A stretch of 61,179 bases of DNA, counting the filler, from Globobulimina sp. (Eukaryota): assembly GCA_003354225.1 (NCBI GenBank). It is 19 parts of 19 records of this genome, joined end to end, with 100 filler letters (N's around TTAATTAATTAA, not from the genome) between each part and the next. Parts side by side here need not be neighbours in the genome. Positions count along the whole stretch, not along the records: positions 32,270 to 35,394 come from PIVH01003662.1; positions 35,495 to 38,618 come from PIVH01003663.1; positions 38,719 to 41,842 come from PIVH01003664.1; positions 41,943 to 45,066 come from PIVH01003665.1; positions 45,167 to 48,289 come from PIVH01003666.1; 14 more parts are not named here. One strand, 5' to 3'. How positions within the stretch are numbered: the first letter of the stretch is position 1; each line of letters opens with the position of its first letter. Under the pieces are notes generated by a model. It was given only the letters and a program-made list of their open reading frames with translations, had not been told where the DNA came from and made no database searches. Below are positions 32,466 through 45,427 of the stretch, one piece after another. Both the position numbers and the translations under genes were made by a program.

Positions 32466-35394
32466 ATGGAGTTTGAAGATTTAGTAGAAACACAAAATGT
32501 CGATGATATCATCGCTCAATTTGACAATGCTGATGATGTCAGTGATGACATTGTCGACATAAATGTCGATGACTTATTAAAGGATGATCTCGTCTTTTCC
32601 ACATTAAACAGCTCTGACACTGACAACAACGATAACAATAATAACAACTTAAAACCTAAATTAACCTCCACTTTGCCAACACCAATCGCGCCACAAAAAG
32701 ACGACAACAATGTTCCTGATTTACCAAACACAATATCACGATACATAACAGAACAAAAAACGGCTCCATCACAGCCACCGCCACCAATACCACCACCACA
32801 ACAACCACAACAACCAGAACCAGAAGAGGAAGAATTAGATATTGAAAAAATATTAAACGACAGCAAAATAGACAATGATGCCAACGATGAAAATGACGAA
32901 TTACTTGAATTCGACCCTTATAACATCACCATTGAAGGCGACAAAAAAGAAGACAGCAAACCGCAACACACCGCCCACCTCAACAAATACAACGATATCG
33001 ACTTAGACTCCATTTCGAACCTCTTAAAACGCGAAGAAATCCGCATCAAACAGAAAATGGAGAAGGGCAATTATTTGATGGTGCAGCCACTCACCAAACG
33101 CATGAATAACAACACATTAAATCCAGACTCGAACTCTGAGTCATTTTTTAAGCTCCAATTATATGAAAACATCACCAAAACATTATCCTCTTTTTACGCT
33201 GAATACGGCACTGTGACTGTCATCAAAACGCATTTCAAATTCATCGCAATCGGCATGAAAAACGGCAGTGTGTTCATCTTCGATCATTTCGAACAATTAA
33301 AAATCGAATTAAATGCTACCATCGCATGCAGTGTCACTTCGTTAGATTTCAACCATAACGGCACTTTACTGATTGCTGGCTACTACAATGGACAATTAAT
33401 TTTATGGGACGTGCTCAACAACAAACAATTGAAAAAAATCAAGGACGCGCATTGTTCGCCTATTATCTTTGTGATTTTTTACAAACGCTCGAGCTTAAAA
33501 AGCGGAGGAATCAGGATCGCGTCAGCCGACTCAAAGGGTATTATGTTCACATGGTCCTTTACTAAAATCTTTTTTTCTTTCCAAGTGGATCGAAGCACGT
33601 TATTCAACGGGCAGAGAGCTGGCATTTTATATGACATCGCAGCATATAAACCGACGCTGAATAGGCAGAATAACAATATCTTCTCTTCGCTCTCTCTGTG
33701 TGCGGTTGCTAACAATGAATCGGTCTTCTTTGTCACACTCGAACCCCCATTCACTTTGAAACAAACCATTCTTCTGCCAAACACAAATATAAATGACATC
33801 AAACGCGGCGCCTTGCCGTTATTAGCCTGGCGGTTATCGTATGCCGTCAATGACAGCGTTGACAACGACGACAACAATCCGGTGCTGGCAGTGGGCAGTG
33901 GTACGGTCATCCAATTGATACAGGTCTTCATTCGCGACGAGAATAAAAGTAAATTCGCAGCGAGCAGAGACACTGCGTTGATCCGCATGCGTGGCATTGG
34001 ACAGATCCAGTTGGATAAGTTGGTCATATCGATGCGTTGGTTGAACCAGCAAAATCTGATTATTTTGACCGCCAATGACGAGATATTGATTTGTAACAAT
34101 ATGTGCGTGACGGAGACGATTTGGCCCTGTTCGAATAAGAAAATCAATATGGATTTTTTTATACGGCATTCACACTTTGGAGCCAATATAGTATCATTCA
34201 AGAATTGCTTTGAAATCATCTGCGGTTTGGACCCAACGGGGCAGAGTAATAAGTTGTTGATTATCACAAATAATAACATTGTCACTGCGCATTGCATGAC
34301 GTGGTATGACCGCATAAATAAGTTAATCACTGAAGGCGAATGGATCAAAGCTTGTTGTTTAATTATTGAGTTTTTCAATCAATATGAAACCGGAAAGATC
34401 CAACAATCAAATTCTGTGAAAAAGTTATTGAAGAAAATCGACTCATACATTCTAGAATTTTGTCAATTTGTGGTACAGAGTAACAAGATCAGCGACGATG
34501 AGTTGGAATCATTTGGTGGAGTGGCTATGGATTATTGTGTGTGTTTGAAAAGGACACAAAAGTTGCTGTTTGACAAAGTGTATAAGATCTTATTAAATAA
34601 CGGCGGGAGGGAGATATTTTTCAAATTATTGGAACCGTACATATTAAATGATAGAATTAGTACGTTGCCGCCTGAATTTATGCAGAATTTTGCGGATTTT
34701 CTGGTATCGAAGGATAAAATCAACGAACTACAACAGATAATATTGCATTTAACACCGCACTCGTTTGATATACACCAAATCGTATCGATTTGCAGAGAGC
34801 ACAAGTTATTTATCGCATTATGCTATTTATACAACGAAGCGTGTTTGGATTACGGCGAGCCAGTCAAAGACATGTATTCTAAGATAATCTGCACTGAAAA
34901 CGAGGACAATATTTCAGTCATTGTCCAACGCGGATATCAGTTGATATTATACCTAAAATACACCATAAACGGCACTACTTTCCCGTGGTGCAATGTGTTG
35001 CAAACACCGCTCAAAGCAAAACAGCAAATTCTGCAGGTCTTATTCGACAAAAGTGAGCAATATCAAATCCTGCGACATTTATTAGCTTTGGATTTGCGTC
35101 AGGTGCTATTCAATATTATTAAGGTCGCATTTGAAGATAAACATTTATTTTCTCGTACCAGTATTGTTGGCACCTTACCCTCTTCGCCAAATACATCAAC
35201 ATTTGAAAGTGATGAGTATTACAATAATAATACCCCAAAACAGCCACGTACACCAACTCAAAGAACGCGCAGAACCTCCATTCAAATCAAGGGCATGCTA
35301 TCCAACGCACAGCAATGTCGTCCAAACACACTTCGCCAAATACCTCGCGCAGAAAGAAAAACGGCGCAGTTTTGTCGTACATTTCGGCCAATTC
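32466..35394 (+). CDS. VPS8: CORVET subunit Vps8, 3'-truncated
   Basis: Acidic N-terminus, WD40 region (IAIGMKNGSVFIFD..VTSLDFNHNGTLLIAGYYNG), then GEWIKA, LLEPYILND..LPP, DIHQIVSICREHKLFIALCYLYN and DYGEP of the Vps8/CHCR region. Confidence 0.9.
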
Positions 35395-35568
35395 NNNNNN
35401 NNNNNNNNNNNNNNNNNNNNNNNNNNNNNNNNNNNNNNTTAATTAATTAANNNNNNNNNNNNNNNNNNNNNNNNNNNNNNNNNNNNNNNNNNNNGTACCC
35501 AAATAACCAATAAAAACCGCTATAAGCATATGACATGTAAATATACTCTCAAACTGTAAATACGCATT

Positions 35569-38500
35569 TTAGATTAGATAGGCCCTATATAACGATAAAA
35601 TAATAAATATAATAAACGCAGTAACAAATAAATCAGCTAATATTTTTCCTTTTGAATTTAAACCGTCAATAAAACAGAAACCTTTATTATTGGCTGTGGA
35701 TATAATTGATAAATTAAACAATGATGACAATGTCGATAAATTTATAACAACAACAGATGATAACAAAATTTGTGAGACTGACTGTTGATAATACAATATA
35801 ATTTTTGAAATCATCACACCATTCATTCTCATTAATATTTTAAACTGTTCTGCAGATATTTTCTCCTTACTTTCTTCAATACATTTTGCAATTGTACAGC
35901 ATGATGAATCTGCATTTTCTTCTTTTGTGATGATCTCATCTTTTGGATCGATCTCGCATTTAATTGATTTGGGTACAATTAAAAATGCTGAAAATAATAA
36001 AGCCAATAAAATTGGATACAACAAATACCATAAATTATCACCATCACAGTAAACACATGAATTCGAGTTTATTGACTGTGAATAGCCAACGTTGCATGAG
36101 CCACAAAGAGGAACATTGAAATCACGATTTGGTGCACATAATTGCGATCCACTCATTCCACTGTATGTGTCATTATGGATGTTTTGGTAATAATTACATC
36201 CATTTTCATCATTACAGCAATATGCGTTTGGACAAAAGCCGGTAACTATTACATATTTATCGTATTCATCATGATCAGGTACAATATCCATCCAATAATG
36301 TTGTTGTATAACAATTCTATTTCCACCGTTGCATGTTATTCCATCATTTATATCCTCATCGCATAAATAACATGATTTTGACACACCACTTAAACTAAAC
36401 TCTCCTTTTGGACACTCAGCGCAGTACAAGCCCGTCGAACTTATTTTATATCCGGCTCCGCAATGTGTTACATTCAATGATAAATCAAACACATTTAATG
36501 TTTGTGACAATTCTTGGCCGTAAATAGAAACAATTCCGATATTTTCCAGAGTAATGTCAGATAAAATTAATCCTTCAACACAAATAATATCAGTACATTT
36601 GTAAGAATTATTTGATTCTAACACGATACCCGTTGCTAAATCTGTATTGAATTCATCTTTGTAATATAGATTCAAAATCAATGCATCACTACTACTCATT
36701 GTGGCTGCTTCAATAATGTTATGCAATCTATCCGTAATTTCCATTTTTAATATCATTGACTGTCCAGGAAAATATTCATAATTATAGCCATTTGGAATGA
36801 TATCGATATGACTGGGAATTGAATGTGTTACCCATTCTGTGCTGCCATTCAGCCGATATTTATTATCTGAGCACACGATAACAATTTGCTTAAAATAGTC
36901 AACATTCATTTCATGATTTTCATCATATTCTGCTAATTGTTGGTTACATCCCACTGTGCAACGATTGCTGTTATCATAATAATTTGATGTCATTTTGTAC
37001 TGGAAATTATTTTTGTAAACAATTTTCGTATCATAAAACAATAAATCTACATCTTTTGCAGTGAAAACATCCATTTCAGGATAAAATATAGAATCTCTGT
37101 CACCTAATAACACAAAAACAATATTATCCAAAGTCACTTGCACTGCAAACCAGGCGGTCGACGATTGGATTGGATTTGCATACGCATGGTCTAAATAGAA
37201 ATAACCAAATACATTTGACAAATCTGGAATTAGTCCACCAATATGGTTACAACACATTGTTTGATTGTTATCACCACAAAATTGAGATATAACTCTCGCA
37301 TTTGGTCTATAACAACTAATGATTTTTGTTGTTGTGGCTACATATAAACCATAATTATAAAATATATTTCCTGTTAAACATGCCGTATTCGCATTGGATA
37401 TACTGAGCGATGATGTATTCTCGTTCAGATAGGAGGTATTACTAAAAGTATTTGAAATTATTGAATGATAGGATGATAAATAATAATTGCTGTTATAATA
37501 AATATTCACTAGCGATTGATTCATTATTAGTACAGTGTTGCTTGCATCCCATAAAATATTCTCATCACTACTGCACGAGAATATATTTGAATGTAGATTC
37601 GCTATGTCGACATCTACCAGGTTTAACAGATGGTAATTATTATAAAAATCAAGTATACAATTTCGAAATGTTGCAGTGTATACTCGATGTATGAAAATTG
37701 GTGAGTTTGTTTTTTCTGTATATACTGCGCCATAAGAACCAGAATAAATAATGCTGAAATTTGAGGTATTATATCCATAATAATACCCATATAAATCCAA
37801 ATAATGATGTCCAATATTTTTAAAATTGCATGAATCAACAATCACAGAACTTGTATTCACACCATAGTCATGACTGAATATATTGATAATAATCGCTTTC
37901 AATGCATTTGAAATGGATGAATTGTACACTGAGAGCGTTATTGATTGCTGTATTGCATCAATTACAATGACAGTATCTTTCACATTTCCTAAATCACAAC
38001 TTGTAAAGCTTTTTATTGGTTTATTAGATGAATCACTATATGATACATCATTTTCTGTATAGTAATATAAATAATTCGATGTTAATACACTGCTCCAGTT
38101 ATAATTAGCATCATTGTCGATAACATCAAACAGTTTGATAGAAAACAATATGCCTAAATCCAGTATAAATGTATTATGAAAAGTAAAGGGTGATACAGTC
38201 AGATTGTTCAGCTTCATGTCTCCGTAATTAATTATTAATCCATTCCCAAAATCATCATTGTTAAACCTGTAATTTATGACGGAACCATCGGACGTATTAT
38301 AAAATGCACGTTCATACTCATTATAATTAACTTCAAAATATAATTGAAGTCCATCTATCAACGTCTGTCCATAGGAAATAATAATTGGCAGCGGATTAAC
38401 ACACTCAGCCACAATAAAATCATGTTCAAAATGGTCGGATGCATTAATGCAGTTTTCACTTAAATCATAATGGTATTCGATAATGACATTATCTAACAAT

Positions 38501-38604
38501 AAATGTCCATCTCCAAAATTAAATAAGGAGCTCGTAGTGTTGTCATAATGTTTATTTGCAGCCTGATATGATATATAACTGTCGGTAACAACTAATTCTG
38601 TGAC
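35569..38604 (-). CDS. Large surface protein: beta-helix-like ectodomain, Cys-rich region and start of a multi-TM domain (internal fragment)
   Basis: Asn/Tyr-rich beta-helix-like repeats (VDSCNFKN, FRNCIL, ISNTFSN). Cys-rich CGAGY..CAECPKGEFS..C and CPNAYCC..CAPNR..LCGSCNVGYS. Hydrophobic helices follow, with KIILYYQQ. The exon begins after TAG near 38604. Confidence 0.75.
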   Translation of the reverse strand, partial: VTELVVTDSYISYQAANKHYDNTTSSLFNFGDGHLLLDNVIIEYHYDLSENCINASDHFEHDFIVAECVNPLPIIISYGQTLIDGLQLYFEVNYNEYERAFYNTSDGSVINYRFNNDDFGNGLIINYGDMKLNNLTVSPFTFHNTFILDLGILFSIKLFDVIDNDANYNWSSVLTSNYLYYYTENDVSYSDSSNKPIKSFTSCDLGNVKDTVIVIDAIQQSITLSVYNSSISNALKAIIINIFSHDYGVNTSSVIVDSCNFKNIGHHYLDLYGYYYGYNTSNFSIIYSGSYGAVYTEKTNSPIFIHRVYTATFRNCILDFYNNYHLLNLVDVDIANLHSNIFSCSSDENILWDASNTVLIMNQSLVNIYYNSNYYLSSYHSIISNTFSNTSYLNENTSSLSISNANTACLTGNIFYNYGLYVATTTKIISCYRPNARVISQFCGDNNQTMCCNHIGGLIPDLSNVFGYFYLDHAYANPIQSSTAWFAVQVTLDNIVFVLLGDRDSIFYPEMDVFTAKDVDLLFYDTKIVYKNNFQYKMTSNYYDNSNRCTVGCNQQLAEYDENHEMNVDYFKQIVIVCSDNKYRLNGSTEWVTHSIPSHIDIIPNGYNYEYFPGQSMILKMEITDRLHNIIEAATMSSSDALILNLYYKDEFNTDLATGIVLESNNSYKCTDIICVEGLILSDITLENIGIVSIYGQELSQTLNVFDLSLNVTHCGAGYKISSTGLYCAECPKGEFSLSGVSKSCYLCDEDINDGITCNGGNRIVIQQHYWMDIVPDHDEYDKYVIVTGFCPNAYCCNDENGCNYYQNIHNDTYSGMSGSQLCAPNRDFNVPLCGSCNVGYSQSINSNSCVYCDGDNLWYLLYPILLALLFSAFLIVPKSIKCEIDPKDEIITKEENADSSCCTIAKCIEESKEKISAEQFKILMRMNGVMISKIILYYQQSVSQILLSSVVVINLSTLSSLFNLSIISTANNKGFCFIDGLNSKGKILADLFVTAFIIFIILSLYRAYLI

Positions 38605-38719
38605 CTACTCCAATGATANNNNNNNNNNNNNNNNNNNNNNNNNNNNNNNNNNNNNNNNNNNNTTAATTAATTAANNNNNNNNNNNNNNNNNNNNNNNNNN
38701 NNNNNNNNNNNNNNNNNNG

Positions 38720-40561
38720 TATTGTGGCCCTTGTTTGGCTCCTTGGTATTTTGTGTTGAAAATTAATATTAAAAATAAATTATCACCATCGAAACATTTA
38801 CAATTATTAAAGAGCAATGTGGCAGAACAATGTAAATTATCCAAAGCAATTTCTGGCAACCACAATAAGTTAAGTACCATTAAAGAGGTTATATTAATTT
38901 TACTCGGTGATAAACTTGCATTAACATCCTCAAACCCAAAATGTTGCCATGATGATTGTAAAGCTGACATACATAAAAACGGTTTTCCAGATTCAAAGTC
39001 TGAAAAAGTTTCTGGTTTTAGTACCATTGCTTTGTTACAAATAGAAAAACAACGATATATTTGTTCAAATAAGAAACATACGGAAACAATAAGTGGTAAA
39101 CGTGAGAATTTATGTTGCAAATATAATTCTGTCCTTAGTGGCAATTATTTATTGTCAAAAGGATTTGAGAATTTTTTAATGGAATCATACCTTAAAAGAA
39201 CTAGTATTTCTGATATGTTGCACTCTGTATCAAAATTATATCGTTGTTTATTAATTGATAATTTGTCTACCAAAGTTACCACTGAAAAGTTAAAAAACCA
39301 ATTGATTAAATTTTTTGAAGCAACATCTGACAATGATATGCGCATCGCATTTAAATCTTTGATACCGCAACGTAGTTCCTTAAAAACATTTGTTTTACGG
39401 TGTTATGCTACATATTGGAGTGAACAGATTAGAGAGTCAATGGACGCAGCATTAATTGAAGGAATTGACATTGAAAATGACCTCCTTTTATTTTTAACAA
39501 ATGTCGATGGTACTTTTGCTCAAGCCACTGCTCTTTTAAAAGATAAATTAAATGTGTCTGGTGTGTTTTTAACCATGGTAAATCAACAAGGCAAAACAAT
39601 CCATGAACCCAAATTTGTCCCTGTTGAAAATGGTCAATATATGATTGAGACATTAATTGAGGTCTACAAAAAAGTCCTTAATTTTGGCATTTCTAAAAAT
39701 ATTAAAAAATTTGTTTTTTCAATATGCATTGACAATACCACTACTCATAAAAATTTACCATTACGTCTTCAACCATATATTAAAAAATTAAGACACACTT
39801 TACATTTATCTGAGGAAACTGAAATAATTATTACTTTGCGAGAATGTGGCTGGCACGTCACTAAACGATGGAAAGAAATACCCCAACATCCTGACCGTGC
39901 TTTGTTACTGAAAATTGTTAGTAAAACACATTTAAGTTGCGAGCGAGGTGAGTTGACAATAAGACACGGCACTTATTTAATGAGTGTCGCTGAATATAAA
40001 CGATTATATTGGGATTTAAAGTGGGAAAAACAGCAGCTACAAGTCAGAAAGGAAATAAAAGGATTTATTCGGACTTTAGCTAAAGCAGTTGACATAAAAT
40101 ATGATTATGACCATTCAGAATTTGAATGTTTTTTTAGTGAGGTCACTTTTAACCTTTTGTCTCATTGTATGGACAAGCTAGGTTATTTTGCAAACCATTT
40201 CCTTGCAACTTATATTTTCTTTCATGATATTCCGGATTTTTATATGTTCCATATGTTAGCCATAAATGTAGAGGTTGATAATATTACTGATGTTAGTTTG
40301 GAGATTGAATGGCCTTCTCTTCCGCGTTTTATTTTTGTTGAGTTATGTATTAAATTACAATATAAAATACCCCAACCAATATGGCAAAATAAGCAACATT
40401 TATTTGGTGAGTGGTTATCAATATATTTCCTTTTCCATTGCAATTGGAATGATTATGCCAATACATCACATCTTCCATTGGTTGAGTTTGAAGCCTTTAC
40501 CAAACGATGGTTGAGAGAAACATCCAATAGGGTTTTTGCTTTTAGTTCATTTCTTCAATGA
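38720..40561 (+). mobile_element. Mutator (MULE)-like DDE transposase, 5'-truncated
   Basis: N-terminal Cys/His Zn module (CCHDDC..RYICSNKKH). NVDGTF is the likely first Asp, ICIDN the second Asp, and LRECGWHV the C(2)H signature. The catalytic Glu was not located. Confidence 0.65.
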
Positions 40562-41942
40562 ACGATTTGATAATCAAAGAAAAAAAAACTTTTGTAATTC
40601 ATCTGTAAATTAATAGTTAACAAACATGGCGACCAACCATAATCTCATTGGTGCATTCGCCGTCCACAATGTGGTGATAGCAATGGCACTGTAAACAATA
40701 CGCTATCATACCAAAATTACCAATAATTTCCCCAAACTTTGATTCTCAAACAATAATTGGATGTACCATTTACATCTGATTTAAATCAATTATGTTCGTT
40801 TGATTTTTTGTTTGTCACAAATTGTGTCTTATATTTATTTGTTTGGTGTTGTTTATATGTGTTTGTTTTGTCATTTGAATGACTGCTCGGAATCTGTAAT
40901 TATATCAATAATGGCATGTATAATTCTATAATCAGCAGACAAAACAAGTCTTATACTTATTTTACAGAAACTGAATTTTGCAATTTATGACGAAACTGAG
41001 CAAAACATGCGATTTGAATTTCATACACTCGGAACATAAAATGCATCAAAATATTTGATTGAAAAAAGATATTTTTTACGTGATATGCCATTAGAGATAT
41101 ATTACAAACAACAATGGCATATAATTTACGGAAATTTGAAGGAAAATGATAGCCATTTTATGGCTGTTATATACGGCAAAATGCAAATTGGTTTTTAGTT
41201 TTTAAAAATAATATGGATCACTAAAATCGTTAACATCTCGCATTTGTATAATATTTTATTTATATTATTAACATTACACAATTTTACAATCAATTATATA
41301 GTTAATTGCCTCCATTTTAGTGGGATAATCTCATAATAATTCTCATTCCTCTCCTTACCAATTTTATTTATATTATGGTATTAAACACCGATCATCGACA
41401 TGGAATGGAATGGAATCTATAATTTGTGTAATCGAATGGTGTTTTTATTTTGGATGCTCATTCTTAAATATGGTGATTCATTCAGATTCAGTCATGGCTA
41501 TCGATAACATCACATTCCTATTTATTCAGTCATGGAGCGGCACTAATGTTTCGTAAACAATATGTTTTATAACGATCATTCATCGCATTTGCTCACAAAA
41601 TCAAATTGTGGTTGACATTCTAAATCAAGGTACTTACATAGTGAAGCAGTCAAATCTTAGTGAAAATAGAAAATTTAAATGTTGATTCATTAAATGAACT
41701 AAAAGCAAAAACCCTATTCGATTGATTCTAACTGAACAAAAAGAGGAAAATAATACAGAATCAAATGAGAAAGTGTCAATAATTTCAAATACTTGTTAAT
41801 AGAAATTGGAAATGTAAATATCTGGGCATTGTATGGAGATAANNNNNNNNNNNNNNNNNNNNNNNNNNNNNNNNNNNNNNNNNNNNTTAATTAATTAANN
41901 NNNNNNNNNNNNNNNNNNNNNNNNNNNNNNNNNNNNNNNNNN

Positions 41943-44900
41943 ATTGACAATCATGGATAATCTTTTTTTTCCGATTCGGATCTGATTCATTGGTATCGTA
42001 CCATAACTTATAATCCATCTGTTGGCGAATAAGGGCAATCGGTGATTGTGTACCGTAGGTATCCACATATGGCATATTTAAATCATCAATAAAATAAATT
42101 AATTTTTTACCACCAGTCGGGCCATAATTACGCCCACTTCTTTTATCGACATATTGCTGCATAATATCTCTTAATGTGGTTGCATCGGTGTACGAATTTA
42201 AATTTATGGTTGCCGTCGAATATTGATCATTTGATAATGATTTTAAAAAGGATTTAATTACCGCAGTTTTTCCAGTTCCAGATGTACCAACCAATAATGC
42301 TGGATTTGCATGTTGTTGTAATTGAGCAACATAATGTAATAAACGTACAGTTTCCGATGTTTCCACCATAATATTTGATAATAATAATGTTCGATCCATA
42401 TTAGCAGTCAATTCTGGTGTATATTTATTTATTTTTGTTTCCCATCGAACAATATCATTTATTTTATCATCATAAAAATAGTCAAAAACGGTATTTGAAC
42501 CATAATCGACATCCTGATCAAACGGATAACTGATAACTTGATATTCGTGTTTGAACCAGTTTGAAAATTCAATTTTATAATTTCTAGTTTCATTCACTAA
42601 TAATGAACCACCAAAGGCCCAAATTATACAATAAACAAAATGTTTTTCTAACACTTGCGATGATTGTAATAAAATATCCGATTTTTCATGAATTAAACCT
42701 TGCAATAAATAAGTTAAAGTGCGTAATTTTTGTATATCAGAGATTGGTACCACATATTTAAAATTCCTTTTCAACAGTTCTAATAATTGCGGTGTAATAT
42801 ATTTATTAAATAATGCTTGCAGTGCTGATCTTAATTGTTGATCAGATTGCGCATCAATCCATGAATCAATCATTGGCTTCCAGCCAACATCATTTTCATT
42901 GATATATAATATGCCAGCTCGCGATACAGTGGCTGGAGTCGCATTTTTTAAATGAGATACTTCAAATAATAGTCGCATAGATGCATTTAATGGAATACGT
43001 TCATTCGATACCAGTGTTAATACTTTATTATCATCCATCACTGTATTAAGTGATTCAATCCATTCGGGGTCAATATCACCATCCAAAACAATCCATTTAT
43101 AGGTTTGCGATGCTGTATAACCACCGTCACAGCGAGACATATTTCTCATTAACGTGGATAATATGCCATCATACCAATCACCCGTCGATGAGGATAACCA
43201 GCCATATAATTCATCATTTTTTACCGCTTTTGGATTAAATGCTTCATAAACGGATTTATCGCCCATTGCATTTTGTGCTGCAAGAAGCATTTTCCATACT
43301 TTTGATTTGCCAGAACCATTCTTACCAATTACAAATACACTATGACGGACATCAAATAATTCCGCCAATTCGGTGACTTTACGAACAAACATATCTTCAG
43401 TTTGTAATCCACTTTCTGCAGTTACACCAATTATCGCATCATTTAAATTTTTGCTGACTTTTCGTTGAATTTCTAAACCACGAAATAAATCCGTAATTAA
43501 ACGCAAAAAAATTGGTTGATCTTGCGATACAATTTTGGGTAAATTGAAATCTCGTAATGCTCTCATTAATATTTTTGCTTCATCCACTTTAGGTTCTGCA
43601 CGTTTTAAGCCACCGGCGACTCGTAACACTGCTTTAGTTGCTCGCAAACCCCAATCATAATGTTTTTGCTGTGACAATAACTCACGAGATAATGAATACA
43701 AAGTACTAAATTTATGTGCCAAAGGACGAGCATTTAAGAAGCTTTCAGACATTAACATATTTTCACAAATTAATTCCATATCTGGTACCACCATGGCGCA
43801 ACTTCGAAATAATGCTTTAAGATTTTCAGGTAACTCGGTCCGACCGGCATAGCCTGGATTCATTGTAATAAACACACCCACGGTATTCACTAATTTGATG
43901 GTTGAACCCATCAAATCAAATTCACATTGATTTGCGCGTAATGCATTTAAAAAAGAGCCAACCTGAGTGGCCACCACAGATAACACTTCAATGGGTATTC
44001 GATTAAATTCATCAAAACAGCCCCATGCTCCCGTTTGGCACAGACCTTTGAATATATTGCCCAATGACATAACATTCATTTGTTCCGAACAATTAAATAC
44101 ATACACCGGGATACCGCAGGCTCGACCCAAATCTTTTGTGGTCTCTGTCTTGCCGGTTCCAGCGGGACCAGCCGGGGCACCGCCCATCATTAACCTCAAT
44201 GCTTGCGTCAATGTGATATAGCATCTATCCGTTAATGGCGTAATCACCAATCGCCCCGTATTGCCAATATATTCAAAACAATATCGACCAATCCAATCCG
44301 CCACTAACACACTGCATTCAATTTCATGATCATCGGGGCAATCCGTATTGAAATCATATCTCATTTGAGCCTGCCACGCAAATTCTTGTGCGGATTCCAC
44401 TTTATTATCAATCAGCATTTGTATCACATCACGATTATGGACATCAACCGTAATTAAGGTCATTATCTTTGTTCTATCTCTTTTATTTAAGGGTGTCCGC
44501 ACTAATTTAATTTGTTCATGCAATCTTTCCACACAAACTTTATAAAAATCTTTCATTGCAGTCTCATTTCCATCTTCTAAGTCTTCAAATTGTGAATCGG
44601 TCTCTTCCGTCCATATAATTTGCGACGCAGTTAATGCAATTTGCGCACAATAATCATATAACCATTCATGTCGCGGTTTTTCTAATTCCCATTGGTCGGC
44701 GCTAAACTTTGCTTTTGCTAATATTACACGCAAGGTTTGCCGCATTAATTCGACTAAACCATTCAACCAATCTTCGACTGCCCCTTCGCATGTAAATGGT
44801 TTATAAAATGGTACATATTCACCCCCATCTTTTGAATACATTCCCACCGCGTCTTTGGATGTTGCATTTTTAAATTCTAATTTGATGACATTATCAAAAC

Positions 44901-45066
44901 AGTCGCCCATATGGGCCTGCACTTTTTGCGGATTATTTCCATTTGATAATAAATCTAATAATGCCACATTGGATAAAAAATAAAAACGTGGAAATGCCAT
45001 TTTTTTCGTATCTAAGTATTGATTTAATGATTTCTCGCAAAGTTCGAGATTTTTTTTTACAAACTG
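41943..45066 (-). CDS. Axonemal dynein heavy chain, outer-arm beta-like, linker to AAA3 fragment
   Basis: AFPRFYF, RLVITPLTDRCY, GPAGTGKTET, CFDEFNR, HYDWGLR, GSGKS, WIESLNTVMDDNKVLTL, MRLLFE..ATPATVSRAGILYIN, GTGKT and FIDDLNMP. Open at both contig ends. Confidence 0.96.
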
Positions 45067-45427
45067 NNNNNNNNNNNNNNNNNNNNNNNNNNNNNNNNNN
45101 NNNNNNNNNNTTAATTAATTAANNNNNNNNNNNNNNNNNNNNNNNNNNNNNNNNNNNNNNNNNNNNGTTCTGCTTTTGTCCTTTTGAGTGTTTTGTTGCG
45201 GTTGTTGTTGATTTGCATATGTCTGTATTTGGCATTTGGTTTCTTTCCGAATGATTGCAGGTCGACAACTTTTGTGCGTTGTCGGAAGGACAGCAGGACA
45301 GCTTCGGGACAGGGACTTTGGAACGACGGCAGGAGCGCTTATCTTTATCTGTTGTGCACTTCTTTGTGACAGTGCAGCTTAACTTGGACCATGACGAAGA
45401 CATGGTCAAACTACTCTCCAAGAGGCC

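Noticed and set aside
33479-34378. 299-aa antisense ORF inside VPS8, and similar shadow ORFs elsewhere (573..1169, 30894..31325, 54027..54383)
   Set aside because: No motifs. Explained as antisense or alternate-frame shadows of genuine coding sequence.
35270-35394. Possible programmed frameshift at the VPS8 3' end, where two frames are open
   Set aside because: Too short and at a contig edge. It cannot be distinguished from an indel error or chimera.
30253-45066. Stalk gene and dynein motor contig as two pieces of one split dynein
   Set aside because: Different contigs and different dynein classes (cytoplasmic-like stalk versus outer-arm axonemal motor).
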